Source: an uncultured Spirochaetota bacterium (GTDB taxonomy: Bacteria; Spirochaetota; Spirochaetia; SZUA-6; Fen-1364). From it: a stretch of DNA of 64,000 nucleotides. The first letter of the stretch is position 1. Every line of letters starts with the position of its first letter. Below are positions 58,039-64,000 of this stretch, piece after piece. The position numbers were made by a program, and so were the translations under genes. The stretch spans positions 2,752,001-2,816,000 of the forward strand of contig CAWGAA010000001.1 in NCBI GenBank assembly GCA_963820525.1. Direction: 5' to 3'. The notes under the pieces were generated by a model, which saw only the letters and a list, made by a program, of their open reading frames with translations, made no database searches and was not told the DNA's origin.

Positions 58039-59701
58039 TTACCCCTTCACCTCCAGTATCTCCTCAGGTATATGTGTAATAAGCTTCACCAGTTCCTCGA
58101 ATCTAAAGTCAATGTCCATCACGGCATACATCTCCTTCTTGGAGTTGTAGATCGGCATCGCCGCCGTCATGATCAGCTTGTCCGTGTACTTGGAGAAAAA
58201 GAGATCCGAGTAATACGGCTCTCCGGTCTTCAGGACCGCGACAAACCAGTCATGCTTCCTGAAGTCCTTGTTCATGAGGTTTCTGAAAAGACTCTTCTCC
58301 CCGCGCTGGGTGTGCGCCTGGGAGATGCGCAGGCCCTCCAGGTTTGTCACGGCAAGAAGCTGGATGGAGGCCTCCCGCGTCACCACGTCATGGAGGTAGC
58401 TCTCCATGCGCTCTGCATCCAGGGAGCGCACCTCCTCTGAGACGGAGATGTGCTGGGCGATGTGGCGGGCCTTTTCAATCGCGGCCTCTTTAGCTTTCTG
58501 GAAGTCGGAGACGAAAAGCGAGGGCAGGAAATGCTTTGCCTGCGCCACAAGCTCATCAGCGGAAATGCTTGTGGTTCGGCCTTGGGCATACTGCTCAGTG
58601 ACCCAGGCGTTGATGTGCTTGATGCCGGGGTGGCGCTTGACCACCGGCTCCATGGCCCTGCCCGTGAGCTGCGGGATGTTTTTGTTTATCCATTGCGCAA
58701 TTCCCGCCATGCCGGATTTGTCCGTCACCATCACGCGGATGGGCCTGTTCAGAAGAGCCTCAGTATCAAAAATGTTATAGATCTCCGGGTTCTTGAGGAT
58801 GCCGTCCGCGTGGATGCCCGCGCGGGTCACGTTGAACTCGACCCCACAAAGGGATAGTTGGGTGCAACGGGAGCCTGGATCTCCGTCCGGAAATAGTCAG
58901 CAATCTCCGTGATGACACGGGTGTTCATGCCATCCGGCGTTCCCTTAAGCCCTATGTACTCCACCACCGCGGCTTCAAGCGGCGGGTTTCCCGTGCGCTC
59001 GCCAAAGCCCAGCACCGTGGCGTTTAGCGCGGAACATCCGTACAGCCAGGCGGATGTGGCGTTCACGTGCACCTTGTGAAAATCGTTGTGGCCGTGCCAC
59101 TCCAGAAGCAGAAGCCGTAGATGTCCGCGCGCGTAATATCTTCAAAGTGACAGCGCGGCCGTATGCCCTCCTCAAGCGCTGATTTCACAATGGCAAGGTA
59201 GTCTTCCATGACCTTGGCGCGGTTTGACTTGAACTTGAGAAACACGTGGTAGTCTGAGACAGAGGTGAGGATGCCCGTCTCCTTGAGGCCTAACCCCTTT
59301 ACTATAGACAGATCCTTTGCGTCAGCGCAAATCCATCCCGTCACCTCGGGGAACGGGTGTCCCAGGGCAAGGCAGGCCTCTACCGCCTGCGCGTCCCGCT
59401 TGGAGTACAGGAAGAACTCGCTTTATCTGATCACGCCCTTGGGGCCGCCCAGCTTGTGGAGAAGCCCAAAGATGAGGGCAATCTGCTCCGGGGCATACGG
59501 CGGCCGGGCCTGCTGGCCGTACCGGAAAGTGGTGTCCGTTATCCAGATGTCCTTGGGAGGGTTCAAAGGCACTTCCAGGCCGTCAAAGAGGATGCGCGGG
59601 ATATCGGAATAGGGGAATTGCTCCCGGTAGAGGTTGGGTTCCGCGGGAGATTCAAGGGGGAACGTGCGCCTGACAGGCAAAGGAGAGAAGGTGCTTTGCA
59701 T
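58039..59701 (-). pseudogene. Re-citrate synthase / LeuA-like DRE-TIM enzyme with C-terminal Cache-like domain, multiply disrupted
   Basis: EPNLYRE.FPY, DTTFR(Y)GQQ, RCHFEDITRADIYGF, EWHGHNDF, GERTGNPPLE, TRAGIHADG. Lesions: TAA at 59423-59425, frameshifting deletion at ~59108, frameshift at ~58840, D>Y at 59519-59521. Confidence 0.82.
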
Positions 59702-59846
59702 ACAGCCTCCAGCAAAGTTGAGATTTGTTAGCAGAAAATATGATTTATATCAATTTCGCAGACATGAAAGTGACAAAAAATAGTTTTTATGTAAGTTTTA
59801 AGTAAGGGAAGTTGAAGGTTTTGCTAACCCTGATAGCGTTTGTTCT

Positions 59847-60278
59847 TCATGCTAGACCGCAAAAGCCTATCACTTTTTCAGCCAGCTCGCCCAAATCCTT
59901 CCGCGCCTCAGAAAGCGCATAGTCAAGGAACTCTGCCAGCGGATCTGTATCCCTCTCCCAGTATGGCTCAACAAAAGAGATGCCATATTTCTTTACCAAT
60001 CGGTCGAGAGCAACGGCGCAGACGAATACATCATCAATGTATCCCGCTGGGCCGTAGATCTTTTCCGGAAGCAGGTCGTTCGGTACAATCAAATAGCCCA
60101 GGACGCAGAGAATAGTCATTCTGTCTTCCGCTTGTAATTCCGGCCGGTCAAGGACGCCGGACAAAGCCTTGAAGATCGCGGGGAGGTAATAAATGTATTC
60201 CTTGATAGAACCGTGATAGGCGTTGATCTCCGTTTCCAGAAAATCGTGATAATCCTCAGGCATTTGTGCTTTTGCCAT
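59847..60278 (-). CDS. YkvA/DUF1232 family protein
   Basis: LGYLIVPNDLLPE..YGPAGYIDD; start overlaps the helicase stop. Confidence 0.8.
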   Translation of the reverse strand: MAKAQMPEDYHDFLETEINAYHGSIKEYIYYLPAIFKALSGVLDRPELQAEDRMTILCVLGYLIVPNDLLPEKIYGPAGYIDDVFVCAVALDRLVKKYGISFVEPYWERDTDPLAEFLDYALSEARKDLGELAEKVIGFCGLA

Positions 60279-63054
60279 CGCCAAGCTCCTTGCAGATGAA
60301 TTGATAATGGCATGCAGGACAGCGGGAGGGGTCTTTATTCAGTGGAAAAGATTTGGCTTTAAGACCATCAGAGACTGAAGAGAGAAGACTTTTTGCTGTT
60401 CCATCATCATAATCGAAATCAATGCATTGACTGTCAAAAAAGGTGTATGTGGCCATTCGTTGGATGGCGGTATCCACAAGACAGTGGCGGTAAATGCCAA
60501 GCTGGTCTTTGACGCCCGTTTCCTCAATGCCTTCACGTGTACGTGCCTTGAAATCAACCAGCGTGTTTTTGCCGGTATTATCCCGAGCCACCAGATCAAC
60601 CTTCCCTCGGACAATCGTGGTGCCGTCGATGTGTACAAACGGCTTTTCGAAAGAGTGAATCTCGCGGAACTCTTTTACTGCAAAGGCAAGGTATTTAAGG
60701 GTGAGGCCAAGGTAGCTCTTCTTGAGCTTTTCATCAGATTCTTCGTCATAGATGGGGATCCATGATCCGTTTATGAATCCCTGGATATCGCCCTTGGTCA
60801 CTTTTTTACCATTTTTCAAGGCCCAGTTCACTTTCTGCAGAACATTGTGAATGATAACTCCTTGTCGCTGCATCGGTTCCGCAGAGGAAGCGAATCCATA
60901 GAAGTAATTGATCTTGTAGCGGAACGGGCAATCCCGGTAGGTATGGACGGCGCTGTAGCTCAGGGATGTCACGGAAAGCGGAGAAATGTAGGAGTTGTCC
61001 ATCCGTATATCAGTGTCGATTTCCTCCGTGACATATCCCTTGATCATTTCGATAAAACGGGAGGGCCGCGCTTTTCTGACATTAATTTTCTCAGGAACTG
61101 TGATCATTAGGAGATCCTGGGCTCGAGTGATTGCCACATACAACAGCCTGAGTTCCTCCTCGAAATGCCTTTTCTCATCAGCCGTTTTTATCTTCATGAG
61201 ATTATCTGGGATCGGGATGCCGCAGACTGGTTCTTTTTCCCGATAGCGGAGAGGAAAATCTCCCTCGATCAACGAGCAGACGACCACGGCTGGGAACTCC
61301 AGGCCCTTTGCCTTGTGCACCGTCATGCATTTGGCCGCTTCCGTGCTTTCAACAAAGACCTGGTCCATTCCCTTGTCCATTGTCTTGTTGTAGAGCAGCC
61401 ATAAAAGGTCTTTCGCGGACGGCCGTGAGAAACGCCGTTGGTAACCGTCAACAATCCTGGTAAGCTGGGCCAGGTTTAAAAGCTTCTCCTCATTTTCTGG
61501 GCAGGGATGATCGAAGAGCAGCGACAGATATCCGGAGAGCTTGAAGATTTCATACAGAGCGTCGAGCAAGCCGATCTCATTTTCTTCTATTCTTTTCTTG
61601 GCTAGATTCAGCTCTACCAGGACTCGGCTATCCTTGCGATTTCTGATGCCGAGCGCTGAAGCCTTTTTGTCTGAATTGATTGCGTTGAGGCTGGAGTTTC
61701 GCGGAAGGTTGCGGAGCACGTCCAGGGTCGTGCGCGAGAAAGAAATCACCTCATTGTCAAAAAGATCGGGCCGCCACCAATCGCTCCAATCCTTGAATCG
61801 TGTTTCAGCTATCAAGCTTTGATGCAGATAGCTGAAGATGTTGATAACGTCCCGGATCTCCTTCCGCTCCAGAAAGCGGCCGTCGCTATCCGTGGCGAAT
61901 GCCAGACCGTGTTCCTGCAAAGCCGCGGTAACATCGGTTGCCAGGCTTCTTTTTCGATAGAGAAAGGCGCAGTCGCCTATGGAAAGCTTTCCCTGTGCAA
62001 TCTTTTTTTTCAAAAACAGAACAGCATTTTGAGCCACGGCTCTCCTGTTTTCCCCGTTGATGAGGATAATCTCATTTCCCTTGGAGCGATGGGCCTCAAG
62101 TTTTTCCTTGATTTTAGCTTCCAAGAGCTTGTTGGCAGTGTCAACGATGTTTTTTGTAGAACGAAAATTGGTGTTCAAAGTAAAAGACTTTGTCTCTGGA
62201 TACCGGCAGGAGAATTGCGTGAAGCTTTCCCGCACTGCTCCCCGAAAACCGTAGATGCTCTGGTTTTCATCCCCAACGACAAAGATGTTTTTATGGTCCG
62301 AAACGATATGCCTGATGATTTCATTCTGTATGGGGTTGGTGTCCTGATATTCGTCCACGAGCACAAAGCGGAACCGCTCCTGGACAGGCGTGCGGACGGC
62401 CCGAATATCTGAAAGCATTTTCAATGCGATGCTTTCAAGATGTGCAAAATCAACGAGTTTTTCCGCGCGTAATAATGCCACATACCTCTTATAGCTTTCG
62501 ATAAGTGCCCTGCCATCCTCGGTTTCCACGCCCATCTTTTCTATCACAGCGGCTAATGCCTTTGGTTTAATGTCGTTTTCTGTGATGGTGTTATAGAGAA
62601 GGCATACCTGATCTTCTGGATTGCCTGCGAATCCTGCCGCTTTGCTGATGAGATTACGCCAGCCGTGTGGACCATTGAGACCCAGCCGGTATCTGTTTGC
62701 GATGATAAAAAGCTTCTGGTTCTCACTGTCAAGAATGTTGAAGGAGGCGCCAAAATCTTGAAAGACGAAATGGTCTTCCATGATCGTCTTGCAGAGAGAG
62801 TGGATGGTTGAAACGTGAACTGCCTTCGCGTTTTCTCCTATTGAGAGAAAAAGGCGAGTGCTCATCTCCTCCGCGGCCTTTTCCGTAAAGGTCACAGCCA
62901 GGATACTATTCGGTTGGGTTTTTTTCTCTTCTATGAGAAACTTTATCCGCTCAATCAGGACCCGGGTCTTGCCGGAACCCGGTCCGGCAATGACTATTGC
63001 GGGTCCCAAATAGTGGTGCGCTGCATCTCTTTGGCGGTCGGTGAGCTGGACCAT
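60256..63054 (-). CDS. UvrD/REP (SF1) helicase with C-terminal PD-(D/E)xK nuclease and 4-Cys Fe-S motif
   Basis: AGPGSGKT, LVDEYQDTN, VGDENQSIYGFRGA, NFRS, MTVHKAKGLEF, LYVAITRA; LSYS..YRDCP, GKVDL..VDFK, CPACHYQFIC. Confidence 0.9.
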   Translation of the reverse strand: MVQLTDRQRDAAHHYLGPAIVIAGPGSGKTRVLIERIKFLIEEKKTQPNSILAVTFTEKAAEEMSTRLFLSIGENAKAVHVSTIHSLCKTIMEDHFVFQDFGASFNILDSENQKLFIIANRYRLGLNGPHGWRNLISKAAGFAGNPEDQVCLLYNTITENDIKPKALAAVIEKMGVETEDGRALIESYKRYVALLRAEKLVDFAHLESIALKMLSDIRAVRTPVQERFRFVLVDEYQDTNPIQNEIIRHIVSDHKNIFVVGDENQSIYGFRGAVRESFTQFSCRYPETKSFTLNTNFRSTKNIVDTANKLLEAKIKEKLEAHRSKGNEIILINGENRRAVAQNAVLFLKKKIAQGKLSIGDCAFLYRKRSLATDVTAALQEHGLAFATDSDGRFLERKEIRDVINIFSYLHQSLIAETRFKDWSDWWRPDLFDNEVISFSRTTLDVLRNLPRNSSLNAINSDKKASALGIRNRKDSRVLVELNLAKKRIEENEIGLLDALYEIFKLSGYLSLLFDHPCPENEEKLLNLAQLTRIVDGYQRRFSRPSAKDLLWLLYNKTMDKGMDQVFVESTEAAKCMTVHKAKGLEFPAVVVCSLIEGDFPLRYREKEPVCGIPIPDNLMKIKTADEKRHFEEELRLLYVAITRAQDLLMITVPEKINVRKARPSRFIEMIKGYVTEEIDTDIRMDNSYISPLSVTSLSYSAVHTYRDCPFRYKINYFYGFASSAEPMQRQGVIIHNVLQKVNWALKNGKKVTKGDIQGFINGSWIPIYDEESDEKLKKSYLGLTLKYLAFAVKEFREIHSFEKPFVHIDGTTIVRGKVDLVARDNTGKNTLVDFKARTREGIEETGVKDQLGIYRHCLVDTAIQRMATYTFFDSQCIDFDYDDGTAKSLLSSVSDGLKAKSFPLNKDPSRCPACHYQFICKELGDGKSTNA

Positions 63055-63311
63055 TTTTTATTTAGAACTCAATCAGATTATAGGACTCAGGGATTGTTAT
63101 TGCAAATGCCCTGGCTTGATTTCTGGCAAGCGGATGCCCTACAATCGGATCACTTTCCATCATGGGCGGCGCACTCCGTATCCCAATGCCAGACGATGCC
63201 TTTCAATCCAAATGCCCAGGCGAAGAGACCTGGGATCATTTTCGTTTTCCGGAGCCGGGCGGACAACTATCTTTGAGAGGAAGCAGGTGTCGCGGGAGGA
63301 GGAGTGACGGC

Positions 63312-64000
63312 GTGAAGCGGAAAACGTGCGGCAAGTCCCATCTCCAAGGACGGTCTGTCGGAACGCCGTGGGAGGTTCTGGGTGTCGCAGCCCGCCTTGG
63401 GATTACCTCATTCGGCGGACCCATCGCACACCTTGGATATTTCCATGAAGAATACGTTGTTCGAAGAAAGTGGATCGACGAGAAAAGCTACGCTGACCTT
63501 GTCGCTTTATGCCAGATGATCCCTGGCCCCGCCAGCAGCCAACTTGGCATTGCCATCGGAATCGAGCGCGCAGGCCTCTTGGGGGGCGTTGCGGCCTGGA
63601 TTGGTTTCACCCTGCCGTCTGCTATTGCGCTGACCGGATTTGCGCTTCTGGTGCACGGATCGGTCGTCGGAACCGCCGGGTGGCTGCACGGCCTCCTTGT
63701 GGTTGCCGTGGCGGTTGTGGCCCAGGCCGTGTGGTCCATGTCCCGCACTTTGACTCCTGACGCGCCGCGGGCGTCAATCGCCTTCTCCGCCGCGATAGCG
63801 AGCATTCTTCTGCCTTCCTCTCTCACCCAGATTCTTCTGATTGTCGCGGGCGCAATTGTCGGGTTGATCCTCCTGAGAACGAACGCTGAAGACAAGCCCA
63901 ACCTGCCGACAAGCATTGAGACGACCGGCCGCGTCGTTGCCATCGCGTGCCTGGCACTGTTTGTTCTCCTCCTGATCGGTCTCCCGGTCCTTCGCGCCGC
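63312..64000 (+). CDS. chrA: Chromate efflux transporter, 3' end runs off window
   Basis: Manually translated from GTG 63312 (GGAGGAG SD): LGITSFGGPIAHLGYF, RRKWID, LCQMIPGPASSQLG, GFTLPS. Confidence 0.9.
   Translation, partial: MKRKTCGKSHLQGRSVGTPWEVLGVAARLGITSFGGPIAHLGYFHEEYVVRRKWIDEKSYADLVALCQMIPGPASSQLGIAIGIERAGLLGGVAAWIGFTLPSAIALTGFALLVHGSVVGTAGWLHGLLVVAVAVVAQAVWSMSRTLTPDAPRASIAFSAAIASILLPSSLTQILLIVAGAIVGLILLRTNAEDKPNLPTSIETTGRVVAIACLALFVLLLIGLPVLRA

Noticed and set aside
60256..60980. Cas4 gene implying a CRISPR locus
   Set aside because: The Cas4-like Fe-S nuclease is the C-terminal domain of a UvrD helicase; no cas genes are nearby.
63055..63311. Short ORFs between uvrD and chrA (63041-63307, 62914-63276)
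   Set aside because: No recognisable motifs or RBS; probably divergent promoter region or decayed sequence.
1..64000. CRISPR array, tRNA or rRNA genes
   Set aside because: No regularly spaced repeats or tRNA/rRNA signatures noticed by eye; tRNAscan/Infernal were not run.

Overview
GC-rich bacterial chromosome segment, probably from a spirochaete (inferred from spirochaete-style lipoproteins, the MCP and the TPR/transglutaminase protein). The core backbone carries a CHASE4 sensor kinase (partial), glgX, gltB/gltD, an MCP, ilvB-ilvN-leuC-leuD, an M32 carboxypeptidase, a GH78 rhamnosidase/ABC/two-component locus and chrA (partial). It is interrupted by AT-richer accessory patches. These include a RelE-type TA pair, a DUF1566 lipoprotein with a TPR/transglutaminase partner, an intact IS1182 element inserted immediately upstream of a frameshifted gltB, an AbiE-like pair flanked by 79-bp direct repeats, and several pseudogenes. 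The standout is a tightly coupled 8-gene operon at 47846-57699. It encodes a GNAT-ABC ATPase fusion, a HerA-like ATPase, an unknown (probably winged-helix) protein, a RelE-like/PLD nuclease fusion, an AAA+ ATPase, a second unknown protein and two BrxD/DUF2791-like ATPases, with no methyltransferase or PglZ. It looks like an undescribed anti-phage system, possibly using base acylation rather than methylation for self-marking. All family calls come from motif recognition by eye; no database searches were run.
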